Source: the human T2T-CHM13v2.0 reference genome, Homo sapiens | DNA: 64,000 nucleotides | Direction: 5' to 3' (one strand) | NCBI RefSeq assembly: GCF_009914755.1 | Contig: NC_060933.1 | Shown here: positions 15,210 through 32,000 of the stretch, piece by piece | How positions within the stretch are numbered: the first letter of the stretch is position 1 | How the letters are laid out: the number at the start of each line of letters is the position of its first letter | Notes under the pieces: generated by a model | What the model saw: only the letters and a program-made list of their open reading frames with translations | What the model was told of the DNA's origin: nothing | Databases searched by the model: none | Position numbers and translations under genes: made by a program

Positions 15210-17120
15210 TGACAGACTCTTGTCTTGGATCTGCCTATGGGGGCACAGTGACATATCTCTGCAATGATCACTCATCTGATGTAACGCTTGTCTAAGCTGC
15301 GCCTAAAGGGGATTGTGACAGATATCTCCACTGATCGCCCAGGTGATGTACCAATTTTCTGGGATTTGTCTACAGGGGGCTTTGTGACATATGTTTGCAC
15401 TGATCACCCAGGAGATGTAACTCTTGTCTTGGCTCGGCCTACATGGGTTTGTGACATATTTCCGCACTGATCACCCAGGAGATGTAATTCTTGTCTAGGA
15501 TTGGTCTACAGGGGCTTTGTGACATATTTCTGTACTGATCACCCAGGTGATGTAACTCTTGTCTATGCTATACCTACAGGGGTTGTTGTGACTTATCTCT
15601 GCACTGATCACCCGGATGATCTAACTCTTGTCTAGGCTCCACCTACAGGGGGTATTGTGACGTATCTCTCCACTGATCTCCCAGGTGATGTAACATTTAT
15701 CTGGGCTCTGCCTACAGGGGCGTTTTGACATAGCTCTGCACAGATCACCTAGGTTATGTAATTCTTGACCACTCTGCCTACAGGGGCTTTGTGAAATATC
15801 ACTGCATTGATCACCCAGGTGATGGGACTCTTCTCTATACTCTGCCTACAGGTGGATTTGTGTCATATCTCTGCACTTATCTCCCAGGTGATGGAAGACT
15901 TGTCTAGGTTCTGTATATGGGGGCATTGTGTCAAATATCTGCACTGATCAACCAGGTGATGTAACTCCTTTCTAGGCTCTGTCTACAGGGACTTTTGTGA
16001 CATATCACTGTATTGATCACCTAGGTGATGTAATTCTTGTATGGGCTTTGCCTACAGAAGACTTTGTGACGTATCTCTGCACTGATCTCTGAGGTGAGGC
16101 AACCCTTGTCTAGGCACTGACTACAGGGGACATTAGTACATATCTGTTCACTGATCACCCAGGTGATGGACTCTTGTCTTGGATCTGCCTATGGGGCACA
16201 GTGACATATCTCTGCACTGATCACTCATCGGATGTAACGATTGTCTAAGCTGCGCCTAAGGGGGATTGTGACAGATATCTCCACTGATGGCCCACGTGAT
16301 GTACCAATTTTCTGGGATTTGTCTACAGGGTTCTTTGTGACATATCTTTGCACTGATCACCCAGGAGATGTAACTCTTGTCTTGGCTCGGCCTACATGGG
16401 TTTGTGACATATTTCTGCACTGATCACCCAGGAGATGTAATTCTTGTCTAGGCTTGGCGTACAGGGGCTTTGAGACATTTTTCTCTACTGATCACCCAGG
16501 TGATGTAACTCTTGTCTAGGCTCCACCTACAGGGGTTATTGTGACGTATCTCTGCACTGATCACCCAGGTGTTCTAACTCTTGCCTAGGCTCCACCTACA
16601 GGGGCTATTGTGACATATCTCTGCACTGATCTCCCAGTTGATGTAACATTTATCTGGGCTCTGCCTACAGGGGCGTTTTGACATAGCTCTGCACAGATCA
16701 TCTAGGTTATGTAACTCTTGTCGACTCTGCCTACAGGGGCTTTGTGAAATATCGCTGCAATGATCACCCAGGTGATGGGACTCTTCTCTATACTCTGCCT
16801 ACAGGGGGATTTGTGACATATCTCTGCACTGATCACCCAGGTGATGGAAGTCTTGTCTAGGTTCTCTCTATGGGGGCATTGTGTCAAATATCTGCCATTA
16901 TCAACCAGGTGATGTAACTCTTTTCTAGGCTCTGTCTACAGGGACTTTTGTGACATAACACTGCACTGATCACCTAGGTGATGTAAGCCTTGTATGGGCT
17001 TTGCCTACAGAAGTCTTTGTGACATATCTCTGCACCGGTCTCTGAGGTGAGGAAACTCTTGTCTAGGCACTGACTACAGGGGACTTTAGTACATATCTCT
17101 TCACTTATCACCCAGGTGAT
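15210..17120. repeat. Beta satellite 14-mer (~953 bp) tandem duplication
   Basis: AAGCTGCGCCTAA at 15294/16247. ORFs 15288 and 16241 are near-identical (offset 953, about 14 x 68). Confidence 0.85.
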
Positions 17121-20100
17121 GGACTCTTGTCTTAGATCTGCCCATATGGACATTGTGGCACATCTCTGAACTGATCAACCAAGTGATGAAACTCTTGTCT
17201 AGGCTCTGCCTACATGGGCTTTGTGACACATCTCTGCACTGATCACTCTGGGGAGGGTACTCTTGTCTATGCTCTGCCTACAGGATGCTTTATGATTTAT
17301 AGTGGCACTGATAACCTAGGTTATGTAACACTTGTCTAGGCTCTGCCTACACGGGAATTCTCACATATCTCTGCACTGATCACCCAGGTGACGGACGGTT
17401 CTCTTGGATCTGCCTATGGGGGCATTGTGACATACCTCTGCACTGATCACTCAGGTGATGTAACTGTTGTATGAGCTCTGCCTACAGGGGAATTGTGAGA
17501 GATCTCGCCACTGATCACCCAAGTAAGTGATGTAAATATTGTCTAGGCTTTGCATTCAGGGGGCTTTGTGACATATCTCTGCACTGATCACCCAGGTGAT
17601 TCAACTCTTGTCTAGGATCTTCCTACAGAAGTATTGTGAAATATCTCTGCACTGATCGTTAGCGTATATAACTGTTGTCTAGGCCCTGCCTCCAGGGGCG
17701 TTTTCACATATCCCTGAACTGATGACAATCGGGATGTAACCCTTGCCTAGGCTCTGCCTATAGGGGACATTGTGACATATCTCTGCACTGATCACTTAGG
17801 TGATTCAACGCATCTCTAAGATCTGACTACAGGGGAAATGGTGACATATCTCTGCACTGATTACCCAGGTGATGCAACTCTCCTCTATGCTCTGCCTACA
17901 TGGGGCATTGTGACATATCTCTGCACTGATCACCCAGGTGATGTAACACTTTTCTAAGCTCTGCCTAAAGGGGCTCTGTGACAGATATCTGCACTGATCA
18001 CTCAGGTGATGTAGCAATTGTCTAGGCTCTGATTAAAAGGCACTTGTCACATATCTCTGCAGTGATCACCCAGGTGATGTAACTGTTTTCTAGGCACTGC
18101 TTACAGGGGGTATTGTGACATATCTCTGCACTGATCACCTAAGTGATGTAACACTTGTGTAGGCTCTGCCTACAGGGGCATTTTCACATATCTCTGCCCT
18201 GTTAACCGAGGTGATGTAACTCTTGTCTATGATGTGCCCACAGGGGGATTGAGACATGTCTCTGCACTGATCCCGAGGTGATCCAACTCCAGCCTGTTCT
18301 CTGCCTACTGGGGATATTGTGGCATATTTCTGCACTGATCTCCCAGGGGCTGTAAATTTATTCTAGGCTCTGGCCACATGGCATCGTGATATATCACTGC
18401 ACTGATAACCCAGGTGATATAACTCTTGTCCAGGCTCTGCCTACAGGGGGCTTGTGACATATCTCTGCACTGATCACACAGGTGATATAACTCTTTTCTA
18501 GGATCTGCCTACAGGGTGCTTTGTTACACATCCCTGCAATGATCACCCAGGTGATGTACAACTTGTCAAGGCTCTGCCTAAAGGGACTTTGCGATGTATC
18601 TCTGCACTGATCACCTAGGTCATGTAACACTTCTCTAGGCTCTGCCTACATTGGCATTGTGACATATCTCTGCACTGATCATCCAAGTGATGTAACACTT
18701 TTCTAGGATCTGCCCAAAGGGACTTTGTGAGATAACTCTGCACTGATCATCCAGGTGATGGGGCTTTTTTCTAGGCTCTGCCTAAGGGGACATTGTGACA
18801 TATTTCTGCACTGATTACCCAGGTGACGGACTCTTGTCTTCGATCTGCCTATGGGGGCATTGCGAAATATCTCTGCACTGATAACCCAGGTGATGTAAGA
18901 GTTGTATAAGCTCTGCCTACAGGGGAATTGAGATGTCGCCACTGATCATCCAAGTGATGTAACTATTGTCTTGGCTTTGCCTTCTGGGGGCTTTGTGAGA
19001 TACCTTTGCACTGATCACCCAGATGATGTAACTCATCTAAGTTCTGTCGATAGGAGCTTTGTGACATATCTCTGCACTGATCACTTAGGTGACGTAACAC
19101 TTTTATAAGCATTGCCTACAGGGAATTTTGACAAATCTCTGCACAGATCACCTAGGTGATGTAACTCTTGTCTACCCTCTGCCCAAAGGGGACATTGTGA
19201 AATATCTCTGCACTGAACACCCAGGTGATTCAACTCTTGTCTAGGATCTGCCTACAGAGGGTATTTTGAAATATTTCTGTACTGATCAACTAGGTGATGT
19301 AACTCTTTTCTAGGCTCTGCCTACAGGGGCGTTTTCACATATTCCTTAACTGATGACAAAGGTGATGTAACTCTTGCCTAGGCTTTGCCTTCAGGGGAAA
19401 TTGTGACATATCTCTGCACTGATCACCCAGGCGATGCGACTCTTCTCTATGGTCGGCATTCAGGGGGCATTGTGACATATCTCTGCCCTGAACACCCAGG
19501 TGATGCAACTCTTCTCTATGCTCTGCTTACAGGCGGCATTGTGACATATCTCTGCACTGATCACCCAGATGATGTAACTCTTTTCTAGTCTCTGCCTACA
19601 GAAGGCTTTGTGACATCACTCTGCACGGATCACCCGGGTTATGTAACTCTTATCTAGGCTCTGCCTATGGGGGCATTGTGACTTATCTCTGCAGTGATCA
19701 CCCAGCAGATGTGACTCTTTTCTCTGCTCTTCCTAGAGGGACATTGGGACATATCCCTGCACTGATCGCTGAGGTTATGTAAAAGTTGTCTAGGCTTTGC
19801 TTACAGTGGGATTTATGAAATATCTATGCACTGAGCACCAAGGTGATATAACTCTTGTGTACACTATGCTTACAGGTGGTATTGTGAGATATCTCTGCAG
19901 AGATCACCCAGGTGATGTAACTCTTGTCTAGGATCTGCCTACAGGGGCACTTTAACATATCACTGCACTGATCACCGAGATGATGTATCTCTCGTATAGG
20001 CTTCACCGACAGGGAGCATTGAGACATATGTCTGCACTGATCATGGAGGTGATGTAACTATTGTCTGGGATAAGCTTACAGGGGTCACAGTGACATATCT

Positions 20101-22711
20101 CTGCCCTGTTCACCTAGCTGATGTAACTCTTGTCTAGGCTCTGCCTACTGGAGACATTGTGACATATATGTGCACTGATCACCCAGGTGATGTCACTTTT
20201 GTCAAGGATATGGCTACAGGGACATTGTGACATGTCACTACACTGATCACACGGCTGATGTAACTCTTGTCTAGGCTCTGGTTACTGGGGGCTTGTGACA
20301 CGTCTCTGCACTGATCACCCAGGTGATGTAACACCTGTCTAGGCTCTGCCACAAGGGAGCATTGTGACATAACCCTGCACTGATCACCCAGGTGATGGGA
20401 CCCTTGACTATGCTCAGTCTACAGGGGCATTGTGACATATCTCCTCTGTGATCACGCAGGTGATGTAACTCTTGTCTATATCTGCCTACTGGCGGCATTG
20501 TGGCATACTTCTGCACTGATCACCCAGGTGATGGACTCTTGCCTTGGATCTGCCTATGGGGGCATAGTGACATATCTCTGCACTGATCACTCATGTGATG
20601 TAACGCTTGTCTAAGCTGCGCCTAAAGGGGAATTGTGACAGATATCTCCACTGATCACCTAGGTGAAGTAACAATTTTCTGGGATTTGTCTACAGGGGGC
20701 TTTGTGACATATCTTTGCACTGATAACCCAGGAGTTGTAACAACGTTTGTTTAGGCTAGGCCTACAGTGTCTTTGTGACATATTTCTGCACTGATCACCC
20801 AGGTGATGTAACTCTTGTTTACGCTCTGCCTACAGGGGCTTTGTGACATATATCTCTACTGATCACCCAGGTGATGTAACTTTTCTCTGGGCTCCACCTA
20901 CAGGGGGTATTGTGACGTATCTCTTCACTGATCACCAAGGTGATGTAACTCTTGTCTAGGCTCCACCTATAGGGGGTATTGTGACGTATCTCTGCACTGA
21001 TCGCCCAGGTGATGTAACATTTATCTGGGCTCTGCCTACAGGGGCGTTTTGACATAGCTCTGCACAGAACACTTAGGTTATTTAACCCTTGTCCACTCTC
21101 TGCCTACAGGGGGCATTGGGAAATATCTCTGCACTGATCTCCCAGGTGATGGGATTCTTCTCTATACTCTGCCTAGAGGGCGAGTTGTGACATATCTCTG
21201 TACTGATCACCCAGGTGATGGAATTATTCTCTAGGCTCTCTCTACGGGGGCATTGTGTCAAACATCTGCACTGATCGCCCAGGTGATGTAAATCTTTTCT
21301 CGGCTCTGTCTATAAGGATTTTTGTGACATATCACTGCACTGATCACCTGGGTGATGTAAGCCTTGTAGGGGCTTTGCCTACAGAAGTCTTTGCGACATA
21401 TCTATGCACTGATCTCTGAGGTGATGCAACTCTTGTCTAGGCACTGCCTACAGGGGACATTGGTACATATGTCTGCACTGATCACCCAGGGGATGGTCAC
21501 TTGTCTTATATCTGCCATCTTGGACCTTGTGACACATCTCTGAACTGATCAACAAAGTGATGAAACTCTCATCTGGGCTCGGCCTTCAGGGCTTTGTGAC
21601 ACACCCCTGCACTGATCACCCTGGGGAGGGAACACTTGTGTATGCTCTGCCTACAGGAGGCTTTATGACTTACACCTGCATTGACAACCCAGGTGATGTA
21701 ACACTTGTCTAGGCTCTGCCTACACGGGGATTCTCACATAGATCTGTACTGATCAGTCAGGTGACGGACTCTTGTGTTGGATCTGCCTATGGAGGCATTG
21801 TGACATATCTCTACATGGATCACCCAGGTGATGTAACAGTTTATAAGCTCTGCCTACAGGGGAATTGTGAGAGATCTCGCCACTGATCACCGAATTGATG
21901 TAACTATTGTGTAGGCTTTGCCTACAGTGGGCTTTTTACATACATTCGCACTGATCACCCAGGTGATGTAGCTCATCTAACTTCTTCCTACAGGAGCTTT
22001 GTGACATATCTCTGCACTGATCAATTAGGTGAAGTAACACTTTTATAAGAACTGCCTAAAGGGAATTTTGACAAATCTCTGCACTGATAACCTAGGTGTT
22101 GTAACTCTTTTCTACCCTCTGCCCAAAGTGGGCATTGTGAAATATCTCTGCACTGATCACCCAGGTGATTCAGCTCTTGTCTAGGATCTGCCTACAGGGG
22201 CTTTGTGACATATTTCTGTACTGATCGCCCAGCTGATGAAACTCTTGTCTAGGCTCCAACTACAGGGGTTATTGTGACATATCTCTGCACTGATCACCCA
22301 GGTGAAGTAACTCTTGTCTAGGCTCTACCTACAGGGTGTATTTTGACATATCTCTGCACTGATCACCCAGGTGATGTAACATTTATGTAGGCTCTGCCTA
22401 CAGAGGCGCTTTGACAAAGCTCTGCACAGATCACCTAGGTTATGTAACTCTTATCAACTCTTTGCCTGTAGGGGGCATTGTGAAATATCTCTGCACTGAT
22501 CACCCAGGTGATGGGAGTCTTCTCTATTCTCTGCCTAGAGGGGGATTTGTGATATACCTCCTCACTGATCACCCAGGTGATGGAAGTCTTGTCTAGGCAC
22601 TGTATATTGGGGCATTGTGTCAGATATCTGCACTGATCACCCAGGTGATGTAAGGCTTTCTAGGCTCTCTCTATAGGAATTTGTGTGACATATCACTGCA
22701 CTGATCACCTA

Positions 22712-23040
<329 letters not shown>

Positions 23041-23042
<2 letters not shown>

Positions 23043-26000
23043 GAATTGAAAGGAATGGAATGGAATCAATGCACATGGAATGGAATGGAATGAAATGGAA
23101 TGGAATGGAATGGATTGGAATGCAAGGGAATGGAATGGGATGAAAACGACTCATCCCGAGTTTAATGGAATGGAATGGAATGGAATGCAATAGAATGGAA
23201 TGGAATGGAATGGAATGGAATGGAATGGAATGGAATGCAATAGAATGGAATGGAATGGAATGGAATGGAATGGAATGGAATGGAATACACCCGAGTGGAA
23301 TGGAATGGAATGGAATGGAATGAAAAGGAATGGCATGGATTGGAATGGAATGGAATGGAATGCAATGGAGTGGAATGGGATGGAATCAACCCAAGTGGAA
23401 TGGAATTGAATGGAATGGAATGGTATGGAATGGATTGGAATGGAATGGAATGCCATCAACCCGAGTGGAATTGAATGGAATGGAATGGAATGAAATGGAA
23501 TGGAATGGAAAGGAATTGAATGGAATGGAATGGAGTGGAATGGGATGGAATCAACCCGAATGGAATGGAAAGGAATTGAATGGAATGGAATGGAGTGGAA
23601 TGGGATGGAATCAACCCGAATGGAATGAAATGGAATGGAATAGAATGGAATGCAATGGAATCAACACGAGTGGAATGGAATGGAATGGAATGGAATGGAA
23701 TGGAATGGAATGGAAAGGAATGGAATGGAATGGAATGGAATGGAATGGAATGGAATGGAATGGAAAGGAATCAACCCGAGTGGAATGGAATGGAATGGAA
23801 TAGAATGGAATGGAATGGGATGGGAAGGACTAGAAAGGAAAGGAATCAACCCAAGTGGAATGGAATGGAATGGAATAGAATGGAATGGAATGGAATGGAA
23901 GTGAATATAATGGAATTGAACGGAATGGAATGGAATGGAATGAAATGGAATCAACCCGAATTTAATGGAATGGAATGGAATGGAAAGCAATGGAATTGAA
24001 AGGAATGGAATGGAATGGAATGGAATGGAATGGAATGGAATGGAATGGAATGGAATGGAATGGAATTGATTGGAATGGAATCCACACGAGTGGAATGGAA
24101 TGCAATGGAAAGGAATAAAATGGAACGCAATCGAAATGAATGAAATGGAATAGAATGGAATGGAGTGGAATGGGATGAAATCATCCTGAGTGGAATGGAA
24201 TCGAATGGAATGGAATGGAATGGAATGGAATGGAATGGAATGGAAAGGAATGGAATGGAAACAAACAGAGGGGAATGTAATGTAATGGAATGGAATGGAA
24301 TGGAATGGAATGGAATGGAATGGAATGGAATAGAATGGAATGTAACGGAATCCACCCGAGTGGAATGCAATGGAATAGAATGGAATGGAATGGAATTGAA
24401 TAGAATGGAAGGGAATAGAATGGAATGGAATGGAATGGAACGGAATGGAATGGAATGGAATGGAATGGAATGGAGTGGAATGGGATGGAATCAACCAGAG
24501 TGGAAGGGAATGGAATGGAATGGAACACAAAGGAATGGAATGGAATGGAGTGGAATGGGAGGGAATCAGCACTAGTGGAATGGAATGGAATCAAAACGAA
24601 TGAAATGGAAAGGAATGGGACGGAATCAACCCGAATGGAATGGAATGGAATGGAATGGAATGGAATGGAATGGAATCAACCCGAGTGGAATGGAATGGAA
24701 TGGAATGGAATGGAATGGAATGGAATTAAATGGAATGGAATGGAATGGAATGGATTGGAAAGGAATGGAAGGGAATCAACTCTCTTGGAATAGAAGGGAA
24801 CGGAGTGGAATGGAATGAAATGGAATGGAAAGGAATGGAAAGGAATCAACCCGAGTGGAATGGAATGGAATCGAACGGAATGTAATGGAATGGAATCAAC
24901 GCTACTGGAAAGGAATGGAATGGAATTGATTGGAATGTAATGGAATGGTATGGCGACAACATGAATGTAAAGGAAAGGAATGAGATGGAATAGAACTAAA
25001 TGGATGGGAATCAACACGTGGGGAATGGAATGGAATGGAATGGAATGGAATGGATTGGAATGGAATGGAATGGCATGGAATGGAATGGAATCAACAGGAG
25101 TGGAATGGAATGGAATGGAATGGAAAGAATTGGTATCAACACGAGTGGAATGGAATGGAATTGAATGGAACGGAATGGAAAGGAATGGTATGGAATGGAA
25201 AGGAATGGAATGGAAAGGAAAGGAATGGAATCCATTCGAGTGGAATGGAATGGAATGGAACGGAATGGAATCAACACGAGTGCAATGGAATGAAATGGAA
25301 TGGAATGGAATGGGAAGGAATCAACACGAGTATAATGGAATGGAAAGGAATGGAATGGAAAGAAATGGAAAGGAATCAAAACGCTTGGAATGGAATGGAT
25401 CGGAATGGAATGGAACGGAAAGGAATGGAATGGAATGGAATGGACTGGAATGACCCCTAGTGGAATATAATGGAATGGAATGGATTGGAATGGACTCAAT
25501 CCGCGTTGAATGGAATGGAATGGAATGGAATGGAATAGAATCAACAAGAGTGGAATGGAATGGAATCAAAAGGAATGGAATGGAAAGAGATATTATCAAC
25601 CAAAGTGGAATGGAATGGAATGGAATGGAATGGAATGGAATGGAATGGGATGGAATGGAATGGAATGGAATCAAGTCGAGTGGAATGGAAAGGAATGGAA
25701 TGGATTATAAGGAATGTAATGGAATGGAGTCAACACGTGTGGAATGGAAAGGAATGGTATGGAATGGAATGGAATGGAAAGGAATGGAATGGAGTGAACC
25801 CAACTGGAATGGAATGGAAAGGAATGAAATGGAACGGAAAGGAATGGAATGAAAGGGACTCAACCCGAGCTTAATGGAATGGAATGGAATGGAATGCAAT
25901 AGAATGAAATGGAATGGAATGGAAAGTAATGGCAAAGAATGGATTTGAATGGAGTAGAAAGGGATGGAATCAACGCAAGCGGAATGGAATGGAATGGAAT

Positions 26001-29000
26001 GGAATGGAATGGAATGGAATGGAACCAACCGGAGTGGAATGGAATGGAGTGGAATGCAATGGAATGGAATGGATGGGAAAGGAAAAGAATGGAATCAATA
26101 CGCTTGGAATGGAATGGAACGGAATGGTATGGAATGGAATGGAAGGGAAAGAAATGGAATGGAATCAACCAGAGTGGAATGGAATGGAATGGAATGCAAT
26201 GAAACTGAATCAATCCGAGTGGAATGGAAAGGAGTGGAGTGGAATGGAGTAAACACGAGTGGAATGGAATGGAATCAAAAGGAATGGAATGGAATGGAAT
26301 GCAATCAACCCGAGTGGAATGGAATGGAATGGAATGGAATGGAATGGAAAGGAATCAACACGAGTGGAATGGAATGGAATGGAATGGAATGGAAAGGAAA
26401 GGAATGCAATGGAATCAACACGAGTGGAATGGAAGGGAATGTAATACAATGGAATGGAATGGAATGGTATCAACTCGAGTGGAATGGAATGGAAAGGAAT
26501 GGAATGGAGTGGATTAGAATGGAACGGACTGGAATGGAATCCTCCCGAGTGGAATGGAATGGAAAGGATATGAATGAAATAGAATGAAATGGAATGGAAT
26601 GGAATGCAATGGAGTGTAAGGGGATGGAATCAACCACAGTAGAATGAAATAGAATGGAATGGATTAGAATGGAATGGAAGGAATCGAATGGATTATAATG
26701 GAATGGAATGGATTCAAGGAATGTGGAATGGAATAGAATGGAATGGAATGGAATGGCATGGATTGGAACGGAATGGAATGGTATCAACCGAGTGGAATGG
26801 AATGCAATGTAATGGAATGGAATCAACCCGAGTGGAATACAAAGGAATGGACTGGAACGGAATCAACCCGAGTGGAATGGAATGGAATGGAAAGGAATCA
26901 ACCTAAGTGGAATGGAATGGAATGGAAAGGAATGGAATGGAATGGAATGGAATGGAATGGAATGGAATGGAATGGTATCTACAGGACTGGAATGGAATGG
27001 AGTGGAAGGGGATGGAATGGAATGAAATGGAATCCTACCAAGTGTAATGGAATGGAATGGAATGGAATGGAATGGAATGGAATGGAATGGAATAGAATCA
27101 ACACGAATGGAATGCAATGGAATGGAATGGAACGGAATGGAATGGAAAGGAATGGAATGGAATGCAACGGAATGGAATGCAATGGAATGGAATCAACATG
27201 CTTGGAATGGAATGCAACGGAATGGAATGGAATGGAATTGAATGGAATTGAATGGAATGGAATGGAAAGGAATGGAATGGAATCAACCCGAATGGAATGG
27301 AATAGAATGGAATGGAATGGAGTGAAATGGAGTCAAACAGAGTTTAATGGAATGGAATGGAATGGAGTGCAATTGAGTGGAATGGAATGGAATGGAATGG
27401 AATCAACCCGAGTGGAATGAAATGGAATGGAATCGAATGGAGTGAAATGGACTCAACCCGAATTTAATGGAATGGAATAGAATGGAATGGAATGGAATGG
27501 AATAAAATGGAATGGAATCCACACGAGTGGAATGGAATGGATTAGAATGCAATTAAATGGAATGGAATAGATTTGAATGGAACGGAATGGAATGGATTGG
27601 AGTGGAACTGTATGGAATCAACCCGATTGGAATGCAATGGAATGGAAAGTTATGGAATGGATTCGAATGGCGTGGAACGTAATGAAATCACCCCTAGTGG
27701 AATGGAATGAAATCGAATGGAATGGAATGAAATGGAATGGAATGGAATGAAATGGAACGGAATGGAAAGGAATGGAATGGAATGGAATGGAATGGAATAG
27801 AGTGGAATGGGATGGAATCAACCCGAATAGAAAGGAATGGAATGGAATGGAATGGAATGGAATGGAATGGAATGGAATGGAATGGAATAAAAGGGAATGG
27901 AACGGAATCAACCCGAGTGGAATGGAATGGAATGGAATGGAAGGAAATAGAGTGGAGTGGAATGGAATGCAATGGAATGGAATGGAGTGGTATTAACTCG
28001 AGTGTAATGGAATGGAAAGGAATGGAATGGAATGCAACGGAATGGAATGCAATTAAATTGAATGGAATAGACTGGAATGGAATGGAATGGAACGGATTGA
28101 AGTGGAATGGTTTGGAATCAACCAGAGTGGAATGCAATGGAATGGAAAGTTAAGGAATGGATTGGAAAGGAATGGAATGGAATGGAATCAACCCAAGAGG
28201 AATGGAATGAAAGGGAATGGAATGAAACGCAGTGGAATGGAAACGAATGGAATGGAATGGAGTGGAAAGGGATGGAAACAACCCGATTGGAATAGAATGG
28301 AAAGAATGGAATGGAATGGAACGGAAAGCAATGGAATGGAGTGGAATGGAATCAACCAGAGAGGAATGGAATGGAATGGAATGGAATGCAATGGAATGGA
28401 GTAGAGTCAACCATAGTGGAATAGAATGGAATAGAATGGAATGGACTGGATTGGAATGGAATGCAATGCAGTGGAATGGATTCAACACTAGTTGTATGGA
28501 ATGTAGTGGAATGGAATAGAATGGAATGGAATGGAAAAGAATGGAATGGAATGGAATGGAATGGAATGGAGTGGAAAGGGTTGGAATCAAACAGAATGGA
28601 ATGGAATGGAATGGACTATAATGGAATGGAATGGAATGAACCCGAGTGGAATGGAATGGAATGGAATGGTATCAATCCGAGTGGAATGGAATGGAAAGGA
28701 ATTGAATGAAATGGATTAGAATGGAACGGAATTGAATGGATTCCACCCGAGTGCAACGGAATGGAATGGAATGGATTCAACCCGAGTGGAATCGAATTGA
28801 ATGGAACGGAATGGAAAGGAAACAACGCGATTGAAATGGAATGGAATGGAATGGAGTGGAATTGGATTGAATGGAATGTAATCTACCCAAATGGAATGGA
28901 ATGGAATGGAATGGAATGGAATGGAATGGAATGGAATGGAATGGAGTGGCATGGAATCAACCAGAGAGGAATGGAATGGAATGGAATTGAATGGAATGAA

Positions 29001-32000
29001 ATGGAATGGAATGGAATGGCATCAACACGAGTGGAATGAAACGGAATGGAAAGGAATGGAATGGAATGGAATGGAATGGAATGGAATGCAATCAACCCGA
29101 GTGGAATGGAATGGAAAAGAAACGAATGGAATGGAATGGAAAAGAATGGAAAGGAATCAACGCGAGTTGAATGGAATGGAACGGAATGGAATGGAATGGA
29201 ATAGAATCAATCCGAACGGAATGGAATGGAATGGAATGGAATGGAATGGAATCAAACCGAATGGAATAAAATGGAAAGGAATGGAATGGAATGGAATGGA
29301 ATGGAATGGAATGGAATGGAATGGAATGGAGTGGAAAGGAATGGAATGAAATGGAATAGAATGGAATGGAATGGAATCAACTCGAAAAGAATGTAATGTT
29401 ATGTAATGTAATGTAATGGAATGGAATGTATTGTAATGGAATGGAATGGAATCAACCCGATTAGAATGGAATAGAAAAGAATGGAATGGAATGGAATGGA
29501 AAACAATAGAATGGAATGGAATGGAATCGAATGGAATGGAATCAAATTGAATGGAATGGAATGGAATGGAAAGGAATCAAGCAGAATGGAATGGATTGCA
29601 ATGGAATGGAGTGGAATGGAATGGAATGGAATAGAATGGAATGGAATGAAGTCCAGTGGAATGGAATGGAATGGAATGGAATGGAATGGAATGGAATAGA
29701 ATGGAATGGAATGGAGTGGAATGGAATCAACCAGAGAGGAATGGAATGGAATGGAATGGAATGCAATGGAATGGAGTAGAATCAACCCTAGTGGAAGAGA
29801 ATGGAATTGAATGGAATGGACTGGATTGGAATGGAATGCAATGGACTGGAATGGAATCAACACGAGTGGTATGGAATGTAGTGGAATGGAATAGAGTGGA
29901 ATGGAATGGAAAAGAATGGAATGGAATGGAGTGGAATGGAGTGGAAAGGGTTGGAATCAAACAGAATGGAATGGAATGGAATGGCATGGAATGGAATGGA
30001 ATATAATGGAATGGAATGGAATGAATCCGAGTGGAATGGAATGGAATGGAATGGTATCAATCCGAGTGGAATGGAATGGAAAGGAATTGAATGAAATGGA
30101 TTAGAATGGAACGGAATTGAATGGATCCACCCGAGTGGAATGGAATGCAATGGAATGGATTCATCCCGAGTGGAATCGAATTGAATGGAACGGAATGGAA
30201 TGGAAACAACGCGATTGAAATGGAATGGAATGGAATGGAGTGGAATTGGATGGAATGGAATGTAATCAACGCAAATGGAATGGAATGGAATGGAATGGAA
30301 AGGAATGGAATGGAATGGAATGGAATGCAGTGGAATGGAATCAACCAGAGAGGAATGGAAGAGAATGGAATGGAATGGAATAGAATGGAATGGAATCAAC
30401 CCGAGTGGAATGGAATGGATTGGAATGGAATGGAATGGAATGGAATTGAACGAAATGGAATGGAATGGAATGGAATGGAATGGATTGGGATGGACTGGAA
30501 TGGAATGATGTGGAATGAGGTGGAATGGAATTGAATGGATCACCACCCATGCAATGGAATCGAATGGAATGGAATGTAATAGAATGGAATGGAATGGAAT
30601 CGAATCAACTCGAGTCGAATGGAACGGAATGGAATGGAATGGATTGGAATGCAATGGAATGGAATACAATGGAATGGAATGGAATGGAATGGAACCAACC
30701 CGAGTGGAATGGAAGGGAATAGAATAGAATGGAATGGAAAGGAATGGAATTAACCGAAGTGGAATGGAAAGGAATGGAATGGAATTGAATGTAAATTAAT
30801 GGAATGAACCCAAGTGGAGTGGAATGGATGTGAATGGAATGGAATGGAATTGAATGGAATGGAATCAACCAGGATGGACTGGAATGGAATGGAATGGAAT
30901 CAACACCAGTGGAATGGAATGAATTGAAATGGAATGGAATCAACCCTAGTGGAATGGAATGGAATGGAATGGAATGGAATGGAATGGAATATAATGGAAT
31001 GGAATGGAATGAACCCGAGTGGAATGGAATGGAATGGAAAGGTATCAATCCGAGTGGAATGGAATGGAAAGGAATTGAATGAAATGGATTACAATGGAAC
31101 AGAATTGAAAGGATTCCACCCTAGTGGAATGGAATGCAATGGAATGGATTCATCCCGAGTGGAATCGAATTGAATGGAACGGAATGGAAAGGAAACAACG
31201 AGAATGAAATGGAATGGAATGGAATGGAGTGGAATTGGATGGAATGGAATGTAATCAACGCAAATGGAATGGAATGGAATGGAATGGAATGGAAAGGAAT
31301 GGAATGGAATGGAATGGAAAGGAATGGAATGGAATGGAATGGAATGGAATGGAGTGGAATGGAATCAACAAGAGAGGAATGGAAGAGAATGGAATGGAAT
31401 GGAATAGAATGGAATGGAATCAACCCGAGTGGAATGGAATGGATTGGAATGGAATGGAATGGAATGGAATGGAACAAAATGGAATGGAATGGAATGGAAT
31501 GGAATGGAATGGAAAGGAATGGATTGGGATGGACTGGAATGGAATGGAGTGGAATGAGGTGGAATGGTATTGAATGGTTCACCACTCATGCAATGGAATC
31601 GAATGGAATGGAATGTAATACAATGGAATGGAATGGAATCGAATGAACTGGTGTCGAATGGAACGGAATGGAATGGAATGGATTGGAATGCAATGGAATG
31701 GAATAGAATGGAATGGAATGGAATGGAATGGAATGGAACCAATCCGAGTGGAATGGAAGGGAAATGAATGGAATGGAATGGAAAGGAATGGAATTAACCG
31801 GAGTGGAATGGAAAGGAATGGAATGGAATTGAATGCAAATTAATGGAATGAACCCAAGTGGAATGGAATGGATGTGAATGGAATGGAATGGAATGGAATG
31901 AAATGGAATCAACCAGAATGGACTTGAATGGAATGGAATGGAATCAACACCAGTGGAATGGAATTAATTGAAATGGAATGGAATCAACCTGAGTGGAATG

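Noticed and set aside
11381-22596. 60-86 aa ORFs with ITWVISAEIC or VTYLCTDHPGDVT motifs, resembling a Cys/His repeat protein family
   Set aside because: These are translations of the 68-bp beta monomer. 68 is not a multiple of 3, and stops are scattered at random.
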